Part shown: positions 40,087 through 49,232 of the stretch, piece after piece
Numbering within the stretch: position 1 is the stretch's first letter
Layout: each line of letters starts with the position of its first letter
NCBI GenBank assembly: GCA_963663475.2
Contig: CAXXJV010000001.1
Span: 2,656,001 to 2,720,000 of the forward strand
Length of the DNA stretch: 64,000 nt
Reading direction: 5' to 3'
Origin: Candidatus Cloacimonadales bacterium
Lineage (GTDB): Bacteria > Cloacimonadota > Cloacimonadia > Cloacimonadales > JAFGVF01
The notes under the pieces: model-generated
The model's input: the letters and a program-made list of their open reading frames with translations, nothing else
Told to the model about the DNA's origin: nothing
The model's database searches: none
Made by a program: the position numbers and the translations under genes

Positions 40087-40226
40087 TTTTTTCTCCTTTA
40101 ATATTTTAAGAGCTTTTACACGAATTAACGCGAATTTAAGCGAATTAACACGAATTAATGCGGGAAAGATGCCCACGTTCCCAGTTAATTAAGATGCCGA
40201 CAGGGATGTCGGCGCTCCCAGTAGTG

Positions 40227-41726
40227 TTACCAGACATCAGAAAATTGAGTGGCCAGACTTGTTTCAACTGTTTCATAGCTTTCTTCTTGAGAGTTAATTC
40301 TAAGGCAATTTACTCCTCCTGCTAAGGCATCAGGACCGTCATCGTTAGGATAATCAGGGAAGCCGAGTAATTGGTCTTCCAGTAGTTGTGTTTCTGCTGT
40401 TTTTTGTTTAGGAAAGAGAAGCCAGCCCCACTCGAAGTAAGGCTCAAGTCTTTCAATTCTAAGTTCTTTCTTCTCTTTGTTTTCAACTCCTGAAAGAGGT
40501 AGCATATAACCCATAACAAGAGCAATATCAGGGATGTAGTCCCAGATAACCTTTTGCCAGAAGTTGGACTCCATATAAAGACGGGCATTGTATCTACTAT
40601 GAACAGAATAGAGGTATTTAAGCATTTCTGTAATAGAAGCTTTTCTTAAGTAGCATTCAAGTAGATAATAGTGTTTTTTATAGAAGCCAATAGTCATGGA
40701 GGCTTTGTAGTCTGAAGTAGATTTTTCACCTAAAGAAGGGTCTGTGTAGTTAACTATTTTCTCAAAGGTGATGTTTTCGATATCTTCAGGTGAGTAATAT
40801 CTAAACCAGGCTTCTTTGAACTTAAGGCCTTCGACTACTGGATTCATCCTAAAGTGGCGTTCATAACCAAAACGACCGATAGTCTGATAGATTTTGATCA
40901 GTTGTTCTTTGGTATGTTTTTCTGGCCATGTTGGATTAAAGTGACCATCATCAACTTTGAAGATAAGCATTTTACGACCAGAGAGATCTCCTGATTCTGT
41001 TGATTTCTTAAAGAGATTTAAAGCTGATTTCTGGTGAGTAAGATTACCAAGCCAGATGATATAGCCTTGTCCATCTTCCAGGGCACCATAAGCTTCTTCA
41101 GTAACGAATTGAAGCTTTTCTTTAGCAATTCTTTCATTAAAAGATAGGTGGTCTTCTAAGTCATCGATGTCTATATAGTCAGGTCTGTGAGTCATATTGA
41201 TAATACCACGAACTCCTGATTTATAACCAAGTGCTATGAAACGACAACCAGTTTTAATAGTAAAATCAGACTCTGAAGATGTTGATGCTAAGAGCTGACC
41301 GAAGTCTTGCTTTATTCTTTCATTAAAGAGGAATTCAGCTCTAATAGCTGCAGTTCTTTCAGCTGCTTTATCATCAGATTTAGCAATTTTGACATTAAAG
41401 AATATTTCTTCCTTAAGAGCTTTCCAGATAGGTTTGATAATAGATAACTGAGTTGTTTTACCCATACCTCTAAAGCCAGCAATAGCTGTAATTTGACCCA
41501 GTACTTGAGTTTCTTCATGAGCTATTTTATGAGGAGTTCCTGACTTACAGCGGATATAGTGAGGAAAGTAAGTTTCAGCAAAGAAAAAGAAGTCTTTTTT
41601 AGCTTTATCAACTCTCTTTGCTTTAGCTAATCTATCATTAGGCAGAGGTGTAGAGAACTTCTTAATATTAGCTATTAAGAGCTCGAGTTTCTTATCAAAT
41701 TCTTTTACTGTAATTTGCTTATTCAT
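40227..41726 (-). CDS. Terminase large subunit
   Basis: GFRGMGKT Walker A, IDIDDLE Walker B, YTDPS and DDGPDAL nuclease motifs. Confidence 0.9.
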   Translation of the reverse strand: MNKQITVKEFDKKLELLIANIKKFSTPLPNDRLAKAKRVDKAKKDFFFFAETYFPHYIRCKSGTPHKIAHEETQVLGQITAIAGFRGMGKTTQLSIIKPIWKALKEEIFFNVKIAKSDDKAAERTAAIRAEFLFNERIKQDFGQLLASTSSESDFTIKTGCRFIALGYKSGVRGIINMTHRPDYIDIDDLEDHLSFNERIAKEKLQFVTEEAYGALEDGQGYIIWLGNLTHQKSALNLFKKSTESGDLSGRKMLIFKVDDGHFNPTWPEKHTKEQLIKIYQTIGRFGYERHFRMNPVVEGLKFKEAWFRYYSPEDIENITFEKIVNYTDPSLGEKSTSDYKASMTIGFYKKHYYLLECYLRKASITEMLKYLYSVHSRYNARLYMESNFWQKVIWDYIPDIALVMGYMLPLSGVENKEKKELRIERLEPYFEWGWLLFPKQKTAETQLLEDQLLGFPDYPNDDGPDALAGGVNCLRINSQEESYETVETSLATQFSDVW

Positions 41727-42192
41727 CAGACATCCTAAAGTTGTTACCAGAAGCATATTTTCTTCTTAGATCATCTGAAATTTCTCTAAGATACTTGCCC
41801 CAGAGCATAAGAAAATCTTCATCTCTTATTTTGTTCTGAATGCAATGAGTAATGTCTTCTAACATATTAAAGATGTTGGAAAGCATCATTTTTTCAGGAG
41901 ATAGCTTCTCTGCTATTTTTGAAATCTTTGCTAAAGCATCAGCAGTTTTAGGATCTGTTAGCTTTCCTTCTTTCATGGCTTTATTCATTTCAGAAAAGAG
42001 AGATTTTGTCATTTCGATAGTTAAACCAATGGTACCTGAAGCTCTGATGGCCTTATCCCATTCATGTTTCTTTTTCCAAGCATAGATTGTCTGCTGAGAG
42101 ACTTTTAGAATAGTAGCAATCTCGTTTATTGGCTTACCTTCCATGATGTAGAGTCTTTCAGCTTGTTCTTTTACAATACGTTTATGAGCCAT
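41719..42192 (-). CDS. Terminase small subunit (DUF1804/HTH-like)
   Basis: A..LY...G....EIA..L.VSQQTIYAWKKK..W; directly upstream of TerL. Confidence 0.8.
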   Translation of the reverse strand: MAHKRIVKEQAERLYIMEGKPINEIATILKVSQQTIYAWKKKHEWDKAIRASGTIGLTIEMTKSLFSEMNKAMKEGKLTDPKTADALAKISKIAEKLSPEKMMLSNIFNMLEDITHCIQNKIRDEDFLMLWGKYLREISDDLRRKYASGNNFRMSDE

Positions 42193-42691
42193 TGAACTTA
42201 CTCCTTATCTTATTATCGTAGTATTTGTTAATAATGTTTGAGATTTGATTTTCATCTTCAGGACTTATAAACAAATAAGGTCTAGCAGGTATTTTTACAG
42301 ACTTCTGAAGCTTATAGAGAGCCTCTACTTTATCCTTTCCCAGATTTCTGAAGATGATGCCTTTACGGATGAATGTATCTTCCCATTCAAGAGGCCTTTT
42401 AACCTTAGCGGCAGGTGTTAGAGGTATTGCTAAGTATTTTGCATTTTTAGGGGTGATTGTTCCTCCTTCCTGATGTATTCTGGCATAAGTTACATTGGTG
42501 CCAACCACAACAGAATTACCTCGAATAACGTAAGTTATTGAGCTCAGAAGATTACCACTATCAGTTAGAGTAGCCTTGTTTTTAAGCTTATTGGGAGTAG
42601 CAGGAGTGATTTTATTTTGTCTTATCCTAGACTTAATGTTCCTGGCAATTACTTGGCCAATTGCTTTAAGGAGTTCTTTGTCTTGAATCAT
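42182..42691 (-). CDS. Virion morphogenesis protein (Mu gpG / tail completion)
   Basis: L.DSG.L.SSI...VGTNV.YARIHQ.GG...IPARPYL. Confidence 0.88.
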   Translation of the reverse strand: MIQDKELLKAIGQVIARNIKSRIRQNKITPATPNKLKNKATLTDSGNLLSSITYVIRGNSVVVGTNVTYARIHQEGGTITPKNAKYLAIPLTPAAKVKRPLEWEDTFIRKGIIFRNLGKDKVEALYKLQKSVKIPARPYLFISPEDENQISNIINKYYDNKIRSKFNGS

Positions 42692-43065
42692 AGCCAGTCT
42701 CCAAAATAGACTTCTTTAGAAGTGATATCATCCTCCAGGGTGTCTTCTTTCATGATTAGAATTTGACCTTTCTGAATTTTAACCAAATCTTTTAAAACTT
42801 GTTTCTCTTGTTCTTTAACTGCTTCTGGGATGTCATTAGAAGCAAAAAGTCTGTAGCATTCAGCTTTAGAAAGAATTATGCAGAGTCTGTTAATTATAGC
42901 ATTTGAACCAGGTAAGGGCAGTTCATATCTAACCTGAAGAAAACTATCAATATAGCTTGATTGATCCTCTAACATTGAGACTAGCTGATCATCTGTAATA
43001 TCTTGTAAAAGTAGGTCTTTTTTAGACCCAAAAGAGTCTTTTAAATTATCTATTGTACCGTACAT
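42688..43065 (-). CDS. Head-tail adaptor (Mu gp36/DUF1320-like)
   Basis: MY.T...L, IDSFL..RY.LPL, L..I.KG.I. Confidence 0.85.
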   Translation of the reverse strand: MYGTIDNLKDSFGSKKDLLLQDITDDQLVSMLEDQSSYIDSFLQVRYELPLPGSNAIINRLCIILSKAECYRLFASNDIPEAVKEQEKQVLKDLVKIQKGQILIMKEDTLEDDITSKEVYFGDWL

Positions 43066-43155
43066 TTTTTCTCCTTATATTTATTTAAGATGCGGGCTGG
43101 AAGCCCACGTTCCCAGTTAATGAAGATGCCGACAGGGATGTCGGCGCTCCCAGTG

Positions 43156-43557
43156 TTAAGATTCATCATGAATAAAGTTTACCTGGTAGGTTATAAATCC
43201 AGGGAAGATAGCAAGTCTTCTAAAGCCATTAAAGTATAAGAATCCCTTAGCGAAGCTTCTTTTATTAAGTGACTTACGCATATCATCAATAATATTAAAG
43301 ATTGCTGTTGGTTTCTTACCTTTTATATGATTTGTGGAGATATAAACAGCTATACTAGTTCTGATAGTGTTTTGTCTGCCATTTGGATTAGTGTCAGCAT
43401 CAGAAAGTTCTACAAAAGCAGAAGGAGGAAATAGAGTATATTCACTAATGTTATCATACTGTCCTTCATAAGGTTCTACCTGCTTAAATAGTTTCCCTTC
43501 CTCTGTTTCCAAGTCTTTCAATTTTACGATTAATTCTTCTAATAAAGTACTTAGCAT
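43156..43557 (-). CDS. Neck/tail terminator (Mu gp37-like)
   Basis: V..YEGQ......PP.AFVE pattern; position next to gp36. Confidence 0.6.
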   Translation of the reverse strand: MLSTLLEELIVKLKDLETEEGKLFKQVEPYEGQYDNISEYTLFPPSAFVELSDADTNPNGRQNTIRTSIAVYISTNHIKGKKPTAIFNIIDDMRKSLNKRSFAKGFLYFNGFRRLAIFPGFITYQVNFIHDES

Positions 43558-43898
43558 TATTACTCCTTTTATAATTTAAGATGCGGGCTAGAAGCCCACG
43601 TTCCCAGTTATGTTTTAAATCTATCCAGGTGGCGTCGCTAAAGCTATGCCAACCCAGGCTAATTACACGAATCACACTAAGAAGAAGGTCCTTAACACAG
43701 AGGTTTTCACAGAGGTTAAAGAAAAGTGTAAAGATACCCGTAACTCCAGAAAAGAACCTCTCCTTCCAGTTATTGGAGCCATGATATCATAGAGTTAATA
43801 AATTACTGAAAAAAGTGGGTATTTTACCCCATTTTTTTTATAAAAATGATTAGCCGTGATATGGTGGTGTTGATTAAAAGAAAGTTTAAGGAGGAACA

Positions 43899-44123
43899 AT
43901 GTTCTTCGATAGTATTAAACAAGCAGTAAAGAATGGTAGTAATGTGATACTAGAGTACGATAACTTCACCAATAGCAGTATTGAGGAATTAATATTTTTA
44001 GCAGCTCAGTCAAAGAGTCATATCACTATTACAAACTGTAGCAAATTATCGACAAGTGAGTTTGAGGGAATGTCGAACTTAGGTAGAAATTTGATTACTT
44101 TTGATATGAGGAAGGTTAAATGA
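43899..44123 (+). CDS. Small hypothetical protein preceding the head protease
   Basis: AAGGAGG RBS, overlaps the next gene. Confidence 0.55.
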   Translation: MFFDSIKQAVKNGSNVILEYDNFTNSSIEELIFLAAQSKSHITITNCSKLSTSEFEGMSNLGRNLITFDMRKVK

Positions 44124-45157
44124 AGTGGTATAAGATAGTTAATAAGGTAGAGCATACTGATGTCTATATCTATGATGAGATAGGCTTCTGGGGTACTAGG
44201 GCTTCTGATTTTGTGAAAGAGATTCGGCAGATTAAGAATGATATCATTTTACATATCAATTCACCAGGAGGGCAAGTCTTTGATGGATTGGCAATTTATA
44301 ATTCTCTTAAAGCTCATACTTCAAAAGTGACAACTAAAATTGAAGGGATTGCAGCTTCAATGGCTTCTATTATAGCCTTAGCAGGAGAGACTATCGAAAT
44401 GGCAGAGAATAGTATGTTTATGATACATAATCCTTTGGTCAATGTTACTGGAGACTCTGAAGAACTTAGAAAGAATGCTGAACTCTTAGATAGAATTAAA
44501 GAACAGATAGTTAATATCTATGTTAGTCACAGTAATCTATCTGCAGATGAGATAGGCAGTCTGATGGATCAGGAAACCTGGTTAACTGCTAAAGAAGCAA
44601 AGGAGAAAGGATTCATTAATTCAATAGTAGATAATGTAGTAGTTAGTAACAACTTTGGTCATCAATTCGAAGGTAAACAAGAGTACCAAGAGTGGATAAA
44701 AAACAATAAAAGAGAGGAGAATATGGAAGAATTATTTGAAGTATTAGGTGTAAAAGATAAGGCTGAAGCAGTTGTTAAGATTGATTCTTTAACTACTGAA
44801 GTAACAGCTTTAAGAACAAAAAATCAGAGATTAGAAACGGAAGTAAAAGACTTAAGAAAAATCAATATCGAAGCTAAAATCAATCAAGCGATAAGTGAAG
44901 GTAAGATAACCCCAGCCCAGAAAGACTTTGCGACAACACTCATTAATAAAGATGAAGCTTTGTTTGATGAGTTTGTTAAAAATGCTGGTAATAGTAAGTC
45001 AGACCTTACTAAAACAATCACCCTGGGTGCAAATGCTGATGAAGAACTAACTTGGGAAGTTTTGATACAGGACCCTGAAAAGGCAGGAGAACTCTATAAC
45101 ACAAATCCTAAGTTATACGAAGAACTAAGAAACAAATACTTGGAGGATAACAGATAA
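44120..45157 (+). CDS. ClpP-type prohead protease fused to scaffolding domain
   Basis: INSPGG, GIAASMAS, MIHNP, ETWL.AKEA..GF; C-terminal coiled coil with GKITPAQ. Confidence 0.92.
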   Translation: MKWYKIVNKVEHTDVYIYDEIGFWGTRASDFVKEIRQIKNDIILHINSPGGQVFDGLAIYNSLKAHTSKVTTKIEGIAASMASIIALAGETIEMAENSMFMIHNPLVNVTGDSEELRKNAELLDRIKEQIVNIYVSHSNLSADEIGSLMDQETWLTAKEAKEKGFINSIVDNVVVSNNFGHQFEGKQEYQEWIKNNKREENMEELFEVLGVKDKAEAVVKIDSLTTEVTALRTKNQRLETEVKDLRKINIEAKINQAISEGKITPAQKDFATTLINKDEALFDEFVKNAGNSKSDLTKTITLGANADEELTWEVLIQDPEKAGELYNTNPKLYEELRNKYLEDNR

Positions 45158-46071
45158 TGCCAAACGCAAGTAACACAATTTTTGGTGATTTAATCACTAC
45201 AGAAACCCTTAATGCAATTAAACGTAAGAGCCAGGATAATAGATATGCAATGAGCTATTTGTATGATGTCTCAAAGTTTGCTAAGAAAGGAATGAAGGTG
45301 ATTCATGTTCCTTATATTACAACTGAATCAGGCCAGACTGTGGGAATTGGTGAAGCTTTCGAAGCTCCTTCAGGTGCTGGGGAAGGTTCTATTGATTTAA
45401 CAGTAGATCAAAAAGCAGGTAATCCTTTTGTAGTGCAAAGAGATACTGATTATCAAACTACCGTAAAAACATTGAAAGAAAAGTCTGAAGATTCTGGTTC
45501 TCACATTTTAACAAAAGAAGATGTTAATATTTTAACAGGTTTGATTGGAGCTATTCCTGCAGGGCAAAAGGTTGATTTTGCGGGTCATGCGACTACAGCT
45601 AATAAGATTACTTTAGATGACTTCATCAACGCAAGAAAACATCTTAATGAAAAGAATGCACCTCTAACAGGTAGATTCTGTTTAATTGGACCTGAACATG
45701 AATCTCAATTGTTCAAAATTGATCAGTTCATTTCTGCTGATAAAATTGGCCAACAGAGTAAAATGCCGATTCCAAATGGTTTGATAGGTCGATTGATGGG
45801 TTTTGATGTGATCCTATTAAATCACTTACCAAAGGTAGATAAAGCTGGTGCTATTAACTCTACTGCAGTAAAAAATGATAGTACTCCTGTTATCTTCGGC
45901 CACAAGTATTGCTATATGTATGGTAATCAATTAATGGAAACTCTATCAAGTACTAATGACTTATCTGCTACTGATAGATATGTACCTTACAGAACATTTG
46001 GTAGAGGTAAATTAGAAGACTCTTGGGTTTACCAGGTCTCTGATAAAACTACTGCAGACCCAACTTCATAA
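45157..46071 (+). CDS. Major capsid protein
   Basis: 304 aa after the protease; L.EKNAP..GR...IGP and G.IGRLMGFDV HK97-fold patterns. Confidence 0.85.
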   Translation: MPNASNTIFGDLITTETLNAIKRKSQDNRYAMSYLYDVSKFAKKGMKVIHVPYITTESGQTVGIGEAFEAPSGAGEGSIDLTVDQKAGNPFVVQRDTDYQTTVKTLKEKSEDSGSHILTKEDVNILTGLIGAIPAGQKVDFAGHATTANKITLDDFINARKHLNEKNAPLTGRFCLIGPEHESQLFKIDQFISADKIGQQSKMPIPNGLIGRLMGFDVILLNHLPKVDKAGAINSTAVKNDSTPVIFGHKYCYMYGNQLMETLSSTNDLSATDRYVPYRTFGRGKLEDSWVYQVSDKTTADPTS

Positions 46072-46082
46072 GGAGGTAGATT

Positions 46083-46613
46083 ATGGCAGGTGTAACACCA
46101 ACTGCATTAGATACACAAGTTAGTGATTTCCAGGAACAGATAGCTGTTTTTAATCATGGTACTTGTTGGTTAGGAGATGGTTCTTTTGAGAATATTGAAG
46201 CTATACCTCCTGAGCAACTTATATCACAAAAAGCGTTTGAAGGTTTTTTAAACTCTAGTTTTGATGAGATTTCTGATCTTGGAGAAAATCCAGGTAAAGA
46301 AGAATCTAAGGTAGCTAAGTTTAAAACAACTAATTTTTTAATTGAAGGTAAGCGTTCTAACACTATCGAACTGACTTTAATAGGTCTTAATCAGGCTAGA
46401 AAAGACTGGCTTGAAAGTCAGTTAAACAAAGCAATTAGAACTATTGCTTTATGGTCAGCTGATAAAGCAAGCTGTTTAATATTCAATGGCATGAGATGGA
46501 GCTATGAGAGAAGTAATGAGTTTAATGGCTTATATACAGCTACTATAAGTACTGAATACTCAGGTCCTACTAAGGATAGGTATTTTATTATTGATTCAAT
46601 TCCTGAAGCTTAA
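46083..46613 (+). CDS. Probable tail tube/major tail protein
   Basis: 176 aa beta-rich protein with strong AAGGAGGT RBS after the capsid gene; call by position and size. Confidence 0.5.
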   Translation: MAGVTPTALDTQVSDFQEQIAVFNHGTCWLGDGSFENIEAIPPEQLISQKAFEGFLNSSFDEISDLGENPGKEESKVAKFKTTNFLIEGKRSNTIELTLIGLNQARKDWLESQLNKAIRTIALWSADKASCLIFNGMRWSYERSNEFNGLYTATISTEYSGPTKDRYFIIDSIPEA

Positions 46614-46627
46614 ACAAGGGAGTTGAA

Positions 46628-46825
46628 ATGTCAGTATGCGAACACCACGAGAGTTTAGTAGGAGATATTAAAGATATCAAAAAGAAGTTAGATGGTAATG
46701 GAAGACCTGGGATATTAGAGAGATTAAGCAGAGTGGAAACTAAGCTAAATATAGTCATCTGGTTGAATGGGTTAATGGCTGGAATAATGATAGCCAGTGT
46801 TTTGAAACCGATAATAGGAGGATAA
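46628..46825 (+). CDS. Small holin/XhlA-like membrane protein
   Basis: GNGRPG..ERL motif and C-terminal TM helix. Confidence 0.55.
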   Translation: MSVCEHHESLVGDIKDIKKKLDGNGRPGILERLSRVETKLNIVIWLNGLMAGIMIASVLKPIIGG

Positions 46826-46826
46826 G

Positions 46827-47234
46827 ATGAGTGAAATACTAAATCATCCTGCAGTAGTATCTGCAATAAGTGTGGTAGTAACAATGATCATTATAGGAGT
46901 AGTTTATCTGATTAGAAAGAAAATGCTTTCTATCGATAGCGTACTCCCTACTGTTCAAAGAGTAATAGAAGCGATACTGGGTGCTTCCAGGTATGAACAT
47001 CCAGCATCACAAATAGAGAAGGATATTAAGAATATTCCTTCTGCTGAAATGGCTAAATTAGCTAAGAAACTAGCAACGGATAATCCAGTGCAGAAAGTAT
47101 ATGATATAGTAACAGAACCTGCTAGGAAAGCAGGAGAACAAGATGGTTCAGGTTGGCTTAAAAACTTAGCAACTGGATTAGGTCGAACGGCTATGACTGG
47201 ACTTGCTCAAGGATTAGCTAAGAAGCTGTTTTAA
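46827..47234 (+). CDS. Holin-like membrane protein
   Basis: N-terminal TM helix, located near the lysozyme. Confidence 0.5.
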   Translation: MSEILNHPAVVSAISVVVTMIIIGVVYLIRKKMLSIDSVLPTVQRVIEAILGASRYEHPASQIEKDIKNIPSAEMAKLAKKLATDNPVQKVYDIVTEPARKAGEQDGSGWLKNLATGLGRTAMTGLAQGLAKKLF

Positions 47235-47275
47235 TCATGGAATGCCTGCAGGATGCAGGCGTTCCCAGTAATATA

Positions 47276-48071
47276 ATGGAGAAATAAAACTTTCGAGAGT
47301 AGTATAATAGGCTGGGTAGGTGGAAAGAGACTTTTAAGAAAAAGGATCATTCCACTTATCCCAAAACATAATTGGTACTGTGAGCCATTTGGTGGAGCAG
47401 GTTGGATTTTATTTGCGAAAAGCAATGATGCGAAAGATTGGAAAATAGAGAATAAACCGAATTACCGAGAGATATTTAATGATATTAATGGTGATTTGAT
47501 AAACTTCTGGCGATATATCAAATACCACCCAGATGCTTTTCATAAGGAGTTAGAACAATACATGGTTTCCAGAGAGCTTTTTAAAGAGATGATAGAAATG
47601 AAAGCTAGAACCGACTTAGAGAGAGCTGTATTCTTTTATTATAAGCTATCTTGCTCTTTTGGTGGATTATCTCGTTCATTTGCTTTAAGAGGTGGCTCTA
47701 ACATTATCCCTCTATTCAATAAGGATAAAGTTGATAAAGCGTCTAAAAGGCTGGCTAATGTGGTAATAGATAACCTTGGCTTTGAGAAGTTAATTACTAA
47801 GTATGACAGGGATTTTACCTTCTTCTATGTAGATCCTCCTTATTATGAGAAAGAGAAACTTTATGACAGAGATTCTGTTGATGCTTTTACTCAGCATAAG
47901 GAACTTAGAGAGCTTCTTGGCAAGGTAAAAGGCAAATGGTTACTCTCTTATAATGATCATCCTAAAGTAAGAGAATTATACAAAGGTTATGATATCCAGG
48001 AGGCTGAAACACTTTATTCTCTATCAGGGAAAACACTACCAAAGACAGAGATTCTGATAAAGAACTATTAA
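47276..48071 (+). CDS. D12-class N6-adenine DNA methyltransferase with disrupted or non-canonical start
   Basis: Open frame from 47277 reads IIGWVGGKRLL...YCEPFGGAG...ND.NGDL...FYVDPPY...LSYND; no in-frame ATG/GTG/TTG before the conserved N-terminus. Confidence 0.85.
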
Positions 48072-48115
48072 ACAAGGGCAGACTACGGTCTGCTTCATCT
48101 CTTAGGGAGAAAGCA

Positions 48116-48565
48116 ATGATGAGACACATTAAAGCTGAATATAAAGAATTAGTTAGAAAGATGTTAGTAAAGCATGAAGGACTAAAACTTAAGCCTTACC
48201 GCTGTACTACAGGCAAGCTAACTATTGGGGTTGGTCGCAATCTACAGGATAATGGGATAAGTGAAGAAGAAGCTTATCTAATGTTAGAGCATGATATTGA
48301 TAGTGTGATTAAAGTTCTTAAAGCAAGATATGACTGGTTTGAGAAACTTAATGCTGTTAGAAAGGCTGTTGTTATTGATATGGCTTTTAACTTAGGAATA
48401 CCAAGATTTGGAGCATTTAAGAAGACAATTGCTTTGATAGAGTCTGAAGACTTTGATGAAGCTAGTAAAGAGATGCTTAGATCAAAATGGGCTGTGCAGG
48501 TAGGTTATAGAGCTAAAGAACTATCTGAGATGATGAAAAGTGGAGAATATAAGGAGATAAGATGA
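48116..48565 (+). CDS. Phage lysozyme (GH24) endolysin
   Basis: HEGLKLKPY.CTTGKLTIGVGRNL...DMAFNLG...SKWA.QVG.RA. Confidence 0.92.
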   Translation: MMRHIKAEYKELVRKMLVKHEGLKLKPYRCTTGKLTIGVGRNLQDNGISEEEAYLMLEHDIDSVIKVLKARYDWFEKLNAVRKAVVIDMAFNLGIPRFGAFKKTIALIESEDFDEASKEMLRSKWAVQVGYRAKELSEMMKSGEYKEIR

Positions 48566-48882
48566 AGGTATATACAAATATTAATACTTTGGTTAAGGTA
48601 AAGAGATTGTTAGATGAAGTAGGTTTGAATGGTGTTCTTGATGGAGAAGCTAAAGCCAATAAGAACTTAGATGAACTGTTAAATGATTTGCTAACAGGTG
48701 GAAAAGCTATTGAATTCTTACAAACAATTACCAGAAACAATGATGTTGATTTTGGAGAAATGGAGCCTGAGGAGGTGCAACAACTTGTATCAGATTTTTT
48801 TACAGGTATCATCAAGTTCTTACCAGAATCAGTAATCAAGAAAATGGGGATTCTAACAAAAACACAGGGAATGTCTTCTTAG
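48562..48882 (+). CDS. Tail assembly chaperone (G); -1 frameshift product GT extends to 48983
   Basis: Upstream of the tape measure gene; T TTT TTT slippery heptamer at 48795-48801; -1 frame open to TAG 48981-48983. Confidence 0.7.
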   Translation: MKVYTNINTLVKVKRLLDEVGLNGVLDGEAKANKNLDELLNDLLTGGKAIEFLQTITRNNDVDFGEMEPEEVQQLVSDFFTGIIKFLPESVIKKMGILTKTQGMSS

Positions 48883-48987
48883 ACTATATCTATATGCTTA
48901 AAAGATTGGGTTTGTGGTATGATGATATTGAGCTTGATGAAGCTGTTTATCTGTTGAGTAAATATAGAGATGAAAGCAAGTAGGAAG

Positions 48988-49191
48988 TTATTTTTGATGA
49001 GATTCATCAAGAGATATGTTGATATGATAGGTCTTTGTTTTAGTTATATTCTCAGCTTTCTTTTTAGATTGAGGATATCTTCCCAAATCTTGAAGCCAGG
49101 TAATTGGTTTACCCCATTTAGCAGGGATAAAAATAATAATGAAAAGTGCTATAATTGGCACAATAACAGACAGAACTTCATTAAAAGTCAT
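48988..49191 (-). CDS. Small membrane moron on the opposite strand
   Basis: ATG 49191 with GAGGTG RBS; single TM helix. Confidence 0.5.
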   Translation of the reverse strand: MTFNEVLSVIVPIIALFIIIFIPAKWGKPITWLQDLGRYPQSKKKAENITKTKTYHINISLDESHQK

Positions 49192-49232
49192 AATTTTCAC
49201 CTCACATAGAAAAAATAAGAAGAAGGTAAGAA

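Noticed and set aside
40087-40176. Listed N-terminal extension of the portal ORF (likewise 28655-28693 for MuB)
   Set aside because: Derived from repeat DNA; downstream ATGs have strong AAGGAG RBS
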